From Phoronis australis (taxonomy: Eukaryota; Animalia; Phoronida), in NCBI GenBank assembly GCA_002633005.1, contig NMRA01000376.1, positions 66,410 to 130,409 on the forward strand: 64,000 bases of DNA, given 5' to 3'. Under the pieces are notes generated by a model. The model had not been told where the DNA came from. It saw only the letters and a program-made list of their open reading frames with translations, and searched no databases. Below, one piece after another: positions 25,901 through 40,900 of the stretch. The translations under genes and the position numbers were made by a program. Each line of letters opens with the position of its first letter. The first letter of the stretch is position 1.

Positions 25901-28900
25901 AATGGAATGAAGCCAAAAGCCTTGAAAATAACAAAAAACAATTTCAGAACAATTCATCGACTGTGTTCAATGGGTTTAAAAAATATGACGTCACAAAGAT
26001 TTTTATATGCAATTACTTACAAAAAGAAGCCCTTTGTGTTTAAACGGGTTTCAAAATAAACTTGACTATGTGAAGCCTGTGGTGCTCCAATAGTTAGCAG
26101 ATTGAAAAAACACCATTATGTGTCATAGCTGGATTAACTATCATGTGGCACCCTCTACTGCAGATGAATAAAACTAGTCACATGACTGGTGTTGAATACC
26201 AAGAAACCAAGCATGCATCCAGTGACTGCAATCCCAAAGCATTTTCCACATGTTCAAATGTGGTAATAGTCACTTTCAGGGGTCCCACATTCTAAGAACC
26301 AGTTTTCTTTACTGAACAACAGGCATGAAGCTTGGTGTCAAAATCCAGGACACCTGTAGGTGACTATTACTAACATTCAACTGTATTAATGAACACGAGA
26401 TTTTTTGGTTCAAGGTGCGCACACTCAGGTCAGTGGATGTGCATACAACCCGCCATATAACAAAGAGGAAGATCTGGCTTGGATCTCCTGAACATTTAAA
26501 TCAGACTAGAGGTCAATTGGTATTTATCATCAACAATAGAGGGTGTTGCATGATATTTCAGAGCCATGAAATATTACTGAAGCAGCCATGTGTCTACTTT
26601 TAGTTCGCAACTGTGGGACATTTGACTGAAAATGGGTGACACTGAAAGACAGTCGCAAAGTAAACATTTGGTCTCGTGAAGCTGGTGGCAAACGTCAAAA
26701 TCAGCAAAATACTTCTAAGCGTACCCCAGCAATACTTTTCATTCATCGAGCAAAAAGGTATCTATCCCCCACACCAGTGTCATCCACAATGTATTTGAAT
26801 TAGTTCAGTCAAACTGTCTCTTAGTCAGCAAGAGGGCGCCACTGGTTTCATGGGACCCATCCTCATCACTTCACAAAATCTTCCAAATGACCGATGCCCA
26901 CACTCCTCTTGTACTTACCTAGTATTTAAGGTTATGTAGGACCAAGGAAAAATCCTAAATTTGGCCAAATTCACAACATTGTGGATTTGATACATGTGAA
27001 ACTTTCACATACTATGCTTTATGCAAAACAATGTCAAGAATTGTTATTAAAATTTTCCATTTTGCTTGAGGGTCTATCAAAAACGGACTTGAAAGATTTT
27101 TATAAGAAATTTAAGTTTGCATAAAATGAAAATGAAACAATAATTTAGAAAACTGTAACATCTTTTTGAGATGTTATCTTGAACATTTATATCATACAAA
27201 ATTTGCTCAATGTTATTGATCCTGTTGTTTTGTTATGTACTTTTCTTTAATATTTTCTAAATTTTTGTAAAAAAACAAGGTCACATGATTGACCTAATTA
27301 GTGGCAGATTGGTTTGAAGTCAAATTCTATGGAACTTCTACTCTCAGAAAATATATACTTTGCTAAGCTAAATTCTATCTAGCTTTGTAGATATATGGCT
27401 GAATGTACACACTAGTCAATAAGGTCCCACATACCCTTAACTGTTAAACAACATCAAGTCCATCAACAGTTTCTCACAGATGGCAGTACTCGGTATTACT
27501 TAAAACACAGACATTAAAATTATACAGTAAATGCTCCTCAAATAGGCAAGCATAATAGCAGACAAGTGCAGAATTTAATTTTAGCTATCAATTTCGCAAC
27601 ATTAGCACAGTTTCAACTGAACACCTAATTAAACATCAAACAAAACTTTGGTAAAATTTCATCCAGAGCACTTGACCAAGGTAATCATTCATTAAGTTCA
27701 AAACACTGATTAACTCCAATTTGGAAATTGTTGTTATGACGAGACTGCTGCAAGAAGGAAGCACTAATTTTGTTACAAATTACTAAAATTAAAACCTTTG
27801 GTGCCAGAAACTCATGGTAATGAAAGACATGTTACATTCTGTAAATAATTTATGTAAATTAACCCTGCATTATGCAAAAGTCCATAGCTTAAGACAACAA
27901 GCGTGCCATTTTGGTTGCCAAAGGCCCTGTACTCACACTTCCCTGCACGATATCCCATTGACTGAGTGAGTCCCTGGAACTATTTGACACCAGCTTTTTA
28001 CGATGTGTCCTGTCGTCTTCACTACTGAAGGCACAGCACAGCAGTGCTAAAGTTTGAACATCCTGTAGCTTGCTGTAGTGTTCTATGCTGTAACCAAAAC
28101 ACAGCAAGTAACAAACATCTGGCATGATGACTCATAGCAGGAGCAAAAATTCACAACAATTCTTGCATAAGGCAAGCAACTTCCGTATTGACAACATTTT
28201 GTGTATTAAATGTATTGGTCAACAGCTTTTTGTAAAGCAAAGTCAATAAAATGTTTTATTTCTGTAACTGAACCTAATTTAACAGTCAGTGCAAAAATAA
28301 TAAAAATAATATGCAGCACTTGTCCTTCTCCACAGTATACTTCATAAAATGGAGAACTATTATGTATAATATCGTTTCCAATGAGTAGCAAAGTTAACAG
28401 ACATCAACAACTGAAGAATTTACATGAAACGAATATGAATCAAACGGTGATGATAGCAGACCCACTGCTGCAGCAATCACGGTGTTGCACAGCTGGAGAC
28501 AGGTTTCTTAGACCTTTCTCACAGAACACACTGATGTTCTCATTAACAACATTCTTTTCCATTAATGGACTTCCTTTCTAATTAGTTGCCATTCTTTTCT
28601 TGTGAGCCGCATTTCAACTCCAACGAATACAAATAATGATTTTCTCATAAACAGCATGTGCTCCCAGTTGTAAGGTAAAGGTAGTGTTGATACATTGTAC
28701 ATTGTACCAAACAGGGGTCAAGCATCTGTAATCCATGTACCATCAGAAAAGAATAAGTTAGAAAATCTCCATGTTTGGAAGAGTAGGAAAGTCTATCACA
28801 AAAGTACTACGGTTTGCATAAAAAGAACCACAGAGAGAGGTACATAAACAATGAGGAACGCGAGGAAGAAATAAGGCTTTCTATTTCAAGTGCATAACAG

Positions 28901-31900
28901 AACTTGGAGGAATTGTGCATTTACAACAGAGAGAAGATAAAACGTCACTACCTAGATACTAATTTCATAAATTGCCATGGTATTACTGCCACGGTAATAC
29001 ATACAAAGAGCTGATGAGCTTGCGTCCAAATGGGTGGTGAGCCCACGGTGGCCCGTGGTCAGGCTCTTTCTTGGGCTTTAAGGATTTGGAGCTCGTAAGG
29101 CCGACCAGCGTCCACATCTGAAGGGACAGAACAGGCTTCGTAGAGAGGTAATAAAATAACAACTACAGTCTGTCCCAACAACAGCAACTACATTTAAGCT
29201 ACAATCAATATCCCCATTTTCCGGCCAAGAGGTTAATGATAGCCAGCTCATGTAATACAAGTGACAGTCCGAGGTATTGATACCCTGGAATGATTCCAGG
29301 GGGTTCTCCCATTGGTGGGGTTATTACGGATGTGCCAAAAACTTGCCTGGATGGATAATTATGTTGTCCACTTGCATATCGTCCTAGGTAGGCACTTTGC
29401 TCTTTCTCAGATGGCTTTGAGATTTCGTCTCGGGTGGATAAACTACAGAGGTGACGATGGGTGGGATGGCGAAACTATTGTCTAGAGTTAATTATTACTT
29501 GGTATTGTGTCAGGTATCCATTTTTCCAGCTATTGAAAGTATTGCATTGGTTGTGCACGGGCACACCCCTATCTGTTATTTGGGAGTGAGCCCCCGGGAA
29601 TAATAAAAATGGCCCAGATGTCATCAGGGCTTGGAATGACCAATGACAAAAAACGCGGAAACTTTGAAACTTTTACGGCCCAAATCATGCCCGATAACCA
29701 GCCTTGAAATGGTCAATGTGAACCTTTCCCCGACAAAAATCGGGAGGACTAAAAAAAGAAAAAAAAACGTTACCACCATCAGTAGCATGCGTCTGCGTCC
29801 TTTTACCTCGCCCGTCCACTCCCAACCCACACATTTTTGGCTGCAGAGCGGTAGTATTTGTCGCCACGCTTAACAATAACACGAGATGCCATTGAAAATC
29901 CCACCACGCTGTCCCAAACAATGTTGACAATTTACGTTCCTTTGAAACATAAAGAGCAACTTCCGCTTTTCGAGGTGAACGTCGTCTGCAATGCGCGGTA
30001 AGAAAGGAATTTGCCGCGGAAATTTTATATCAAATCCGATTTTTTTACGTGGAAATATTATAAAAAAAGCGGAAAGCACATTTGAAAAAAGCGGAAATAC
30101 ACGTTTCCGCGGAAAATTCCAAGCCCTGTGTCATAGCCAAAGTTAGCAAAAAGCTGACTGTGAACAAACAGTCACAGGTTTATCACTAGTGACTCGAGGT
30201 TCACTGCGCACAAGGGGATAGTGTCATGGAAAAGGCTTTTCATGTTGTCTGTGACCTCGTTGCTTTCCCATCAAAACAATTAATTGACCATCGAACAATC
30301 CATGAGGCAGCCATAATGTGCGACTACTGACATGCCTTAGACCACCTGGTAACTAGCACCGCACACCAGAGACTCACCTGAATGAGATCCTTTCTACCTA
30401 CGGCTGCAGCAGCACTAGCATTCACTTTGCACATGTTGGGGATGTCTTTGTTGTCAATGCTGAAAAGTGGACAAACTCGGTCAGTTAACTGGACTCATTT
30501 TAAAAAATACTAGACCAACAAAAAACACTTACACATGGTAATAAAACATTTTCACAATCCAGAATCATGTATTTATCCCACAGTATCAGTATGAAACCAC
30601 TGATAACTAACTTGTCATAATAACCCAAAGAAATATCTAATGCACAAATGACAACAATGTGCCAGGAAAATATGACAGGCATGTTGCAATGTTCTGTGAA
30701 AGACTGATCCAAGACTTTGTGTGGGGATGTCAGGTACAACGAAAATTAAACATTATTTTTCATTCTCATTTTCTTCATTCTATAGTATTACTTAATACCT
30801 GAGATATATGAATAATTGCAATATTCTGAATATCTGCAATGTAACTTTCTTTACACTTTTCATACAGGTCACAGATTCAAGGACAAAAGATGGTGCTAGA
30901 TTCATATCACGTCTTGGTAGCATTGCCATAAATATAAAATAATCTGCATTTCATCAACGACACTAACTTGTCAACTACAGCCACACAAATCCACTGATAA
31001 CAAATGGCAACGTGATATATAGAGAATCCTACACGAGTCTCAGGTTTATTACATGGGCAAGCCTCGGGATTTTGACGAAATTTCCAAGAGGTTTTGCCCA
31101 TGCCATAAACCTGAGACGACTGTAGGATTTGTTTTTTCACATGAACCATAAAAACGATCTTTTTTGCCGAAAAACTCGACGTGTCTAAAACTTTCAACCA
31201 TACGATGCAACTTTGTAAAAACACACTTGTGCAATGTAATGTAATTCAGTTACTTTTTGACAATAGCTTTATTTAAAAGCCTTAACAATTGTAAATTGCA
31301 TTCAGCTTTCATAGCAAATATTCAAGTTAGAATCTAATATAAAATAGTCTTTGAAGTGGTTATATTAAAACTTAAAAATGTTTGCAACAGTCTGCAAGGC
31401 TTCATCACGCGTGAGCACTGAATTGACCTAGAGACAGCACAGCTAGACAGTCTTTATTGAGTTGGGGCTCGTTTCCCTTTGAATGAACGTGGATGTGGAA
31501 TTCTCTGTCGAAGTTGTTTGCATGTCCCTCCGACTGGTGTACGTACAGTTGCGAGACCCGAATTGTCAATCATAACCTTGTCACCTTCTTGGAATTACGG
31601 CATTGTTTGGTTGGTGCGTGTTTGGTCGTTTTAGTGTTTTGCAGACGATAAAATGTAAGGCGTACAGATTTCTACTTTGCACTACTTTGTGATTCGCCCA
31701 TGGCAAGTAATGTAAAAAAATTATGTACTTGGTGTTAATAACCAGTCGTGGAATAACACATTCCAGGTCATGTGAGAAATGTTACTATGATGCCAAGTTT
31801 ACAATTCAGCATACTAGGCACTTTGTACCTGAGACCCAATATTTACATCAAGAAAACAAAGTTGCCTACAAAACAAAAAATTTGCCAAAGAAGCATTGTT

Positions 31901-34900
31901 CACGAGTGTTTTTGATGTTTTACACATTTCTGAGTGTTTTTACAACTGCACATGCTCACATGTCACGTGATTGCTAGTTCAGAATAGACTCTATATTCGT
32001 TATCATGAAAGAATGACGTCGTTATTATTTTTTATCGTGTTACATCGTAAATCGTTTATCAAATTCAGAATTTAGTTGTGCACCATCGGCACACACATAA
32101 TTGGTTCTGGTCAGGGTTTTTTCTGATAATTGAGTTGATGGTGCAATATTTTTATATGAAAATCCAAAAACAATGTGGCATTTGTTTGGTATCTTTTTAC
32201 TCATTGCTTGGCACATCACAGGGTTTTAAATCTTGGTTAGGCTTCCTTATATGCCTTTATGTAGCTTTTCAAAAAAACACACCAGACCTTGCATAAAATT
32301 GCAGGTGGGGATTTTTTTAGTCTGTGAGCACAGGCCTCGAAATAAGACAGGTACATAGCATTTGCTTTTTCAGCAAGTCAATGATAGATTCAAAAACTCT
32401 TACATGTATGTCTCGGCAAGTTGCCGATTAAGCGGCATAAGACAAGAGATGTCGTACACTTTAACGTTGTAAGGGCCAATCTTAGCAGAGCTAGACTTGC
32501 TCGGTGAATGGTGGGAGCTGTCCTCTCTGAGTCTCGACTTAGAACGTGTCCGGCCACCGGTCTTCTACAAAGTGAACAACAAAATCTCACAGTGACACTT
32601 TTGGTAGTTTTATAAAACACCAACTTGTTCTCTACTGAGATGAGAAATACTTTTTTGGGCTCTGAAATGATAGCTAGTTATCGCTCGTGACAATATTGCT
32701 TGTGACAATATGGCTTGTGACAATATTGCTCACGACAATATTGCTCCTGACAATATTGCTCGAGACAATATTCGGCGCATAAAGTGCACATAACAGCCAT
32801 TTGATGAGTTTAGTCTCAAGCAACAATGAACTGTCAAATCTTCCAAACACAGAAATTATTTCTAATTTAAATAAAAGGCACAAGTTGAGACCACTCTAAT
32901 AACAAATGTTTACTAAATCATAAGAACCAGAAAAACATTTGTAATAATAAAAAATAAGTCAATAAAATAAGGCAAATTGTCACAAAGGTATGTTTATCCA
33001 GTTACATGACCACAAATCAGGATTTCAATAAACTACATCAGCTTATCATGTAAAAAATACTGACCAACGAAACAAAGATTAAATTCCTGAGTGATAAATT
33101 ACAGTGCTGATGTTGATAACAGTAATGAAATAATAAAGCCGTACCCTTGTATACAACAGCATTTAGGTTAGTATGTTAATTTTAAAGTTGAAAATTTCCA
33201 ACTATTTTTCACCTACCCTTTTGTAGAAGTTACTGATAGACACATCAAAATCACGCGAGAAGCCTCTGGAACTGTACACTCCGCTGGGGGCCGGAGAACG
33301 CATGGCATTCTGGGAAAAGGCGCCAAGAGCAGATAGAGATCTGAAAGAAATGTTTATTACTTATTATCATTTTTAGTAGCCATCTGTTGTGACTGGGAAT
33401 GATAGAAAACCTGCTGGAAAGTTATCGGGATGGAAACGTGATTAGATGAGTCAGCTATTTACACTGTAGAAGCCACAGACAAAATTAGCAGGTAGTACAG
33501 GGAAACCGTATTTTGTACCATGAAGCACTCTTATGTTTTAACTGTTTGATGCAGCAATCTAACCAGCCCTGAAAACAACTTTCTGTGCAGGCCCTGGCTA
33601 CATTCACACTATATTCATTCCCTTTTATACTTATTCTTCTTATATGCAGTAATCCGTTCGGTGCTGAACGGGGCTTTCTTCGAAGGCCTCTTAGGTACAT
33701 TCACACTATATCAAATCCAATTGACCAACTCAAGACCTAGCAGAAAGACAAAAGAGACAACTTGTGCAATACACATGATGTCTGCCAGCCAACACAACAT
33801 TTGAACTCTGGTTTCACAAGTGAGTTTAAGCAATGCTACTTCACTGCAGCCAAATGCTACACAAATAGATAAAAGAAATAAATAAATCCCTTTTTTCACC
33901 GCCTTTTTTACCCGCGTGATTTGCATATTGGCGCATGCACCAAAGTTTCGTATATGAGCATAGATCCACACAGACGCCCACCGGCCTAATGACAGGGCAA
34001 TACGGTAGCCCTGTACTTACTTTGGAGTGATCTCCATGCCTGCACGCTGACTTAAACCAGATGGACGACAGAAACACACCAAATAGCCTGAAAATGAAAA
34101 AAATCATTGTCCATATACGTCTGTCTGTATCAAAAGTGAGACCTACTGTAGTCCACTGGGCTTGTGCGAGGGTTTCCATTAAGAGATTTTAAAAACCTTG
34201 TGAGAGATACATTGCAATAACAAGATTTTAATCTAGCACCTAGTATATCTCCAAGTGGATGAAGGAATTGCACATCAAGCAAACTCACGAAAATTCATTT
34301 GAACAGCAGCTTTTAGGGACAAGACACGTGACACGTTTAAGTTAACCTGACGCCACTCTCCATTACAGTAACAACTGCAGTGGACCTGAATTTAGTCAAA
34401 AAGTTAACTTAAATACAATGACAAGTGAACCTTTGCAAATACGCTGCAGACCATTTACCATGTAAATACTAGTCTCACATAGTTCATTGGGAGAGATTTC
34501 TCATCTTGGGAAGTATTGGCAGATTGTTGTTACATCAGACTCAATAAGTTGGCTTTGAGGGAATCCTCACATAAAGGGCCGAAAGTAATATGGCTGGACA
34601 AATATAATCCTGCTTCTGCGATCGGACACTAGATGACGACCTTATGGTTACATTGACCAAATGAATGCTTTCAAGCCAACTTACTGTGTCTGTCCTTCAT
34701 TGTGAATATTAAATTTTTTTCACCTAATGTAAGTAAGAAACAAGTTGAGAACAGTTTAAAAATCTGAAGGAAAAATTAGTTTTGCCAAGACGGTCGTCAG
34801 CACCTTTAGCTAACCACCATGTTTATAATCTCAGCACTGTAACCTTTATGAAATACGTACAGAACTGCAACTGAAAGAAGACATAATGCAGAACTGAGTT

Positions 34901-37900
34901 AATTACCTGCCCCACAAAATTTTGCACCCGACGTTCGAGGAAACGGGACCGAAGTATCTTGGAAGGCTCCGTAACGATAGAAAGGTCGGGTTGTCGGCAT
35001 GCTGTACACAGAGTCGCTGTCTTTAGGAGATTTGTTGTCCAGCTGTAACACACAGAAAAAAGTTTAAAGGTCAGATTCAAGGAATAAAGGGATTTAAAAG
35101 TTTATCCCCAACAGGTTTTTGTTGCTAATGAAATTTGCAAGAAATGGGATTATAAAGCTTTGGGTGAAAATATTCTCGTCTGCAAAAGTTACAATACAAT
35201 TTACGTGACTGCGGTGCACGTCTTAAGTAGCAAGGCAAAATGAACCATTGTTCTCCGTCATGACACTTGGAGTCAAGCAGAAACCCCCACGATGAAGGCT
35301 GAGAACAACTGACCAGTCATGACAGGGATAGGTGGAGGAGTTTGATGAAAAGTGTTCCTCCACTAATGATCCAATAAGTAAAAGAACCAGCATGTTGCGA
35401 ACAAAGACGCAGGTTATACGGATGCCTATTTGGGTCACCTGTCACAACAATACTAATCGAGACTCGCACTTCAATTGTAATTGCATCATGCAAGGTGAAC
35501 GAATAGTAAGATTTTAGCGAGAACATGCTTTGAAGCCATGTTCAAATATTCAGGAAGACAAGCAATGACTCTATGCAAATGGGCTTTTTGTAATCATTTT
35601 TCAAATTGGAATTTTAGGTACATAGGCCAGATGCAGGCACTATTCTACAAAGTGCGTTAAAACCCGGTGTTAAAACCACACCCAAGCATGTGCTATCAAA
35701 ACTGAAATTTTGACCGATCAAAGATTTAAAAAATTCACCGCTGTTGATGTTGTATCAGAAAACGTAACGCAAAAAACAATACACTGTTGTGTAGTGGATG
35801 ACATGATGCTGCTTATTATACAGTACAAGCAAAAAGTATTGAGACAACATTCCCCATCATGATGGCTGGATGAAAGTTGAATCCATCGTCAGAGTAGACT
35901 TCCCTAATGACCGCGAATGACGAAGAATTGACCGGAAAGTTAGTAAGGTGGCTAAGCCAGTCTGTAATTAGAATTTTGCTGCCCTAATAGCTATTACCAG
36001 ACATTTTTGCTGTTAAGATTTCTGAATTAGCCGTCATGACTGGAAAATGACACCTTGTCCAATTACTTATGTCTCGTGCTGCAATATTGCAGTCATGTAC
36101 ACTGCCTGGAATTAGGTCAACATTCTGGACATAAATAATACGACAATATAGCTTGGAAGATGGCGAGGACAGATTACAGCTAGGGTGACAAGTCATTTTC
36201 ACCTAGAATAAGGTGTGAAAAAAATCTGCAGGTGAAATTAACTGTCATGCCAGGAAATGGTATTATGTTGTTCACTGTACCTAAGACAGGGGCATTGTTT
36301 TCATACAAATAATAGATATGCGTTCATCTAGAAAATAAGAAGAAAAGCTGTAGAGTCTGCATCTCATGAAAGAAATGAGAGATTCTGTGACGGAGTTATC
36401 AAAATTAATATTTTGTGGATGGACAAGTTTTATAAAAAAGCTGTTTGAAGAACTGCAACCCTTAGTAACAAAGGTGCTCGGGTGGGATCGCTCGTAATTA
36501 TCGACAATTTCAAAAGTGCACAAAACTTAATAATAGGAGGGAGGGCTGGCATACACTTTCAACATTTTTCAAAGTTGAAGAATGAGGAGCAGAAAAGTTT
36601 CGGACGTACCCTTAATGAAGAGGGGGTCTGTAAAAAGAGAAATCAATGCAAATTGTATCACCACACTGTCGCATATGCGATATTTAACATCACGTTCATG
36701 ATGACGCGTTCTAGCAGAACACTCTCTGATTTGGAATGTTATGTTTGTAGTTGAATATTAGTGGAATATATTTATTAATATGTCTTCTATCTTAATTCTA
36801 CATGGTGACCTCAACGTGATAGATCAGCAGCAAGTTTATTGAACAGTTGCAAATTTAACGGTAAGCTTAAACAAACAAAATGACCTCGAGAGATGACATA
36901 GAAGCCACAGGAAAGGCTCGTTTACACGGTGTAGAAATACCGAAACAACTTGAATTTTCTAGTAAAAAACTATATGACGAAACACTGACACAGAAAATTC
37001 TGAATTGTTACGATGGACTCGAAGAAAAATACCAGGTCGATAAGGTATTAAATGTGGATGGGTCCAGAAGCATGTGTGAAACATGCAAACCACCCCTTTG
37101 ATGGTAATGATAACGAGAGGATAAACCCTCTGTGGACATTTTTCGATGGCATTTGTGCCAAGAAGGAAGGCACACAAGAATCGTGGAATGCATCACGGAT
37201 GAAATTAAAGTTTGTCAAGCAGCAAGCCGACAAGCCTGTTGATCAATTTTATGATCGGATAAGGAAGCTGTTACAGCAATGTGAATATCCAAATGACATT
37301 TCAAGCATCATAGAGACTGAAGCCATTAAAAATGGATTCAAAGATGTTAAGATTTTGGAAAAAGACCGCGACAAGTACTCAAGTATTGGACACGGCAAGG
37401 GCGACGGAGGCAGCACAATGGCACATGCGAGAAGTTGATAAAGTGAGGCAGGAGATCACACAGTGTTCTGATACCGCAGATAATACTGATGAACTTCGAC
37501 AAACTCGCACACGACACATTAATTGCACGAAATGTGGATATATGCACCCACCAAAGCGATGTCCAGCGTTCGGGAAAAAATGCAACCGCTACAAACAGAC
37601 GAACCATTTTGAGCGGTGCTGTCAGCTCAACACTAAACCTGAGAAGCGGGAAACCGAAAAGAGAAGAAAGCATGTGAAACAACTGCACCAAGCTGGAGCC
37701 AGTTATCAATCTTCTGGAGAGGAAAATTTGTTTGACGACGAGTACGACAGTGCGTCAGTTGAGACTGTAGAGACCCAGGCAGGTGAAATCCATTTTGATG
37801 ATGACCTTGGGCCAGATACCCTATTTGCTGTTGTTAGGATCGAGACATCAGGGAGACAAGTTAGGCTGAAGGGCAAAATTGATACTGGGGCCCAAGTAAA

Positions 37901-40900
37901 TCTCCTGAATATTGCCACATATAAGAAGCTGTACGGGGCCGATGCAGTCAAGAAACTCCAGAAATCCGCCTGACTGGTTATGGTGGAAAAAGTTTCACCA
38001 ATCATGGCAAGTTTTGGATTGCTCGTGTTTTCCACAACAACGTCGCTGGACATAGGGTACCTTTTTTAACTCAGATTTTGGAAACAATCTATTCTCGTTT
38101 AGGTTCTGCAAAGCAATGAACATAGTGAAAATACTTTGCGATGAGCCCAGTACTTGCAAAGATCGTCACAGTGACTTCGACATAAGTGAAGTCAAGTCAG
38201 GAAAAGACAGAATTGTGTCAAACAATAATCATTCCCGTTACGACTACCATGCCCATGCAGATCGTAGGACTGGATGTTTTCCATCACAAACAGAAGACAT
38301 ATTCGTGCATTGTCGACTATCACACAGGTTTTCCTTGGATAAGGCACTTGAAAACTCAAGATGCAGCCAGCATCGTGAAGCACGTAAAAGAGACATGCAA
38401 CAATTCGCGTATCCAACACAGATTGTTAGTGACCAAGGCACGCAGTATATGAGTGAAATGTTCCAGGAAATGTGTATGCAGTATAACATAACCCACACGC
38501 CTGCTACACCCCACTCCCAGTGGCAGAATGGTAGATGCGAGAGAACATTGGGAAAGATAAAATTACTCATGGATAAGTCAAAGAATGATGAATTGGCAAT
38601 AGACGATATTCTTTTGATGATACGAGATACCCCGATCAGCCAGAGCATCCCTTCCCCGTTTGAGCTCATGTTCCACAGGAAAGTCAACACAGATTTGCCA
38701 TGCATTCCCTTATACATGTTGGATACAGCTCTTTCTGAACAGGCTGGTCAGCGTTCAGTCCTATATGCTGAAGCGAAGAACAAGACAGTCGAGAAACGAT
38801 CCCTGTCCGTTAGAGGAAAGCGAACCCATGTCATTCCTCAAGAACCCCTCAGATCGGCCTAATAAGTGGTCACGCGGAATTGTGACATCTGTGGATGGGG
38901 AAAGGTCATACACGGTCATAGACAGTCAGACTGGAGGAGAATACCAAAGAAATAGGGTGCACATAAAGCCAGTGTAGTGTCAGAGGTCCCGTTACAAGAT
39001 CCCCTAGAGTAGCCGAGGGAGACGACTAGAACATCTAGCAACCGCGACTACAAAGCTGCACCTGTTGCCAAACCTTCAGCAGATGTTCCGTTACAGGACC
39101 CTGCAGAGGGGACGTGGGACACCGCTAGAGCACTTGATAATTGCGACAACGAAGTCACACCCGTTGCCCATCCTAGGCGAGAGATTAGACTTCCTGAGCG
39201 GTACAAGGATTTTGCTCTTAGTTAGAAACACTTGGACGTTTTGTACACCATTGTAGTTAATCGTTAGTTTTCTAGTTCTTGTTTTGTTAAGAGGGGAGAT
39301 GTCACATACGCGAGATTTAACATCACGTTCATGATGACGCGTTCTAGCAGAACGCTCTCTGATTTGGAACGTTATGTTAGTAGTTGAATATTAGTGGAAT
39401 ATGTACACACACACAATCCCATACTGTTCTAAGCATTAAATTTAATTGTTTCGTCAAAAACGTCACACAGTAAAGCTAATAGTTCAATGCATAATTCCCC
39501 GCATTGAGGTAATACAACTTACAGTGAGAGTCTCCAAACTAGAGGCCAGTAGTCTCAAGCAAGGCTCTAAGCAAGAGCGATTGCGCTTGACACGCTGTGA
39601 TGAAGCCTCGCGCAGAATCTGCAATCAACAAATTAATGTTCACATTAGTTGATTACAAGAAATCGCATTTAACATGTTCTTATCAAAATGACTTAATGCT
39701 TATTAAACGACATAGGCAAGAAATTCAATTTTGGGAAAATAGGTGACCTTTACACTAATGACAAACCTCGCGGGCTCACACAGCCCGCATCAAGCAGTGT
39801 TATTCCCCAGCAACACGTAACGATACTTACTGGACATGGTTCAGTGATTTGCAGCGAATCATTTTCGCCACAAAACTCGTTTCTAAAAACATTTTGGCAA
39901 TTTTCAAGCTACTTCATATTCACATCATCGCTATATGTTGTGTTTCTAACTAATTTGGTCAAGCAATCACAGAGATAAGTAATTAGTCTGCAATTTCTAC
40001 TTTAAAATAATAAGGTGAACCCTAATTTGAGTAAAGAATAAGGTAATGTTGTTCCATCCACGTTTATCAAATCACGTCTGCTTACTGCACAGCTAAGTTG
40101 CAAAAATAACCAATTTGCGACTAAGCGCAATGACGTCATACTCAATTGTGACAAAAGCTCAACAAAAACACTATTTTACTACCCCAAGAGTTCGACTGAA
40201 CTGCCCAATAATTCTGACAAGGCGTTTATTCAAGTTTGGTAGAGTATGGCAGAGTTCCGTCGAAGTCTGTCCAGTTTATTTTGAAACTACTGTATCGACA
40301 GTTTCATTTCGAGCCAAGCTGGTAGTCCAGTCAACAGATTGACTTACCTTGAGTAACTTCATCTGTGTCTGTTTGTTGATGGAGGTCCGTTTGCCAAACT
40401 GGAAGGAGGGCAGTGCCTTGTTGGGGTACTGTGCCGGAAACATGATGATGAGATGTACCTGACTCACCCCACTGTGAGCTGTCACTGAACAAGTACGCTG
40501 GACTGCATCCATCTGGGAAACAGCAGTCATATAGCCAGAGGACATACATTAACTTACTTCCTAGACCAATAACACACCAAGCTAAAATCTTGTTTTTATA
40601 TTGTTAGATAATGTCAGATTTTTTCTGTTTTGACAATTGAACATATTTTAAAGGACTGTGAAAAATTACAGAATCTAAAGAACCATTCATGACGCCCCCA
40701 TTCAAATTTTTCAGCATTCTTTGGGGATATTAAGACTACTCAGATAAATGTTCTGTAGTGCGGTTGGGTAAACAAGTCAAATCGTCCCATTCTGATGCTC
40801 AGGGTGGTTACACAACAAAGATTGGAACATATCAACAAAGGAACAGCACATATAACGAACACAATTTCGCTTTGCTTCAGTTGAAATTAGCCAATTTTTG

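Noticed and set aside
32682-32772. Short repeated palindromic unit as a possible CRISPR array
   Set aside because: The 15-bp units are contiguous with no unique spacers, inside a spliceosomal intron; it is a minisatellite.
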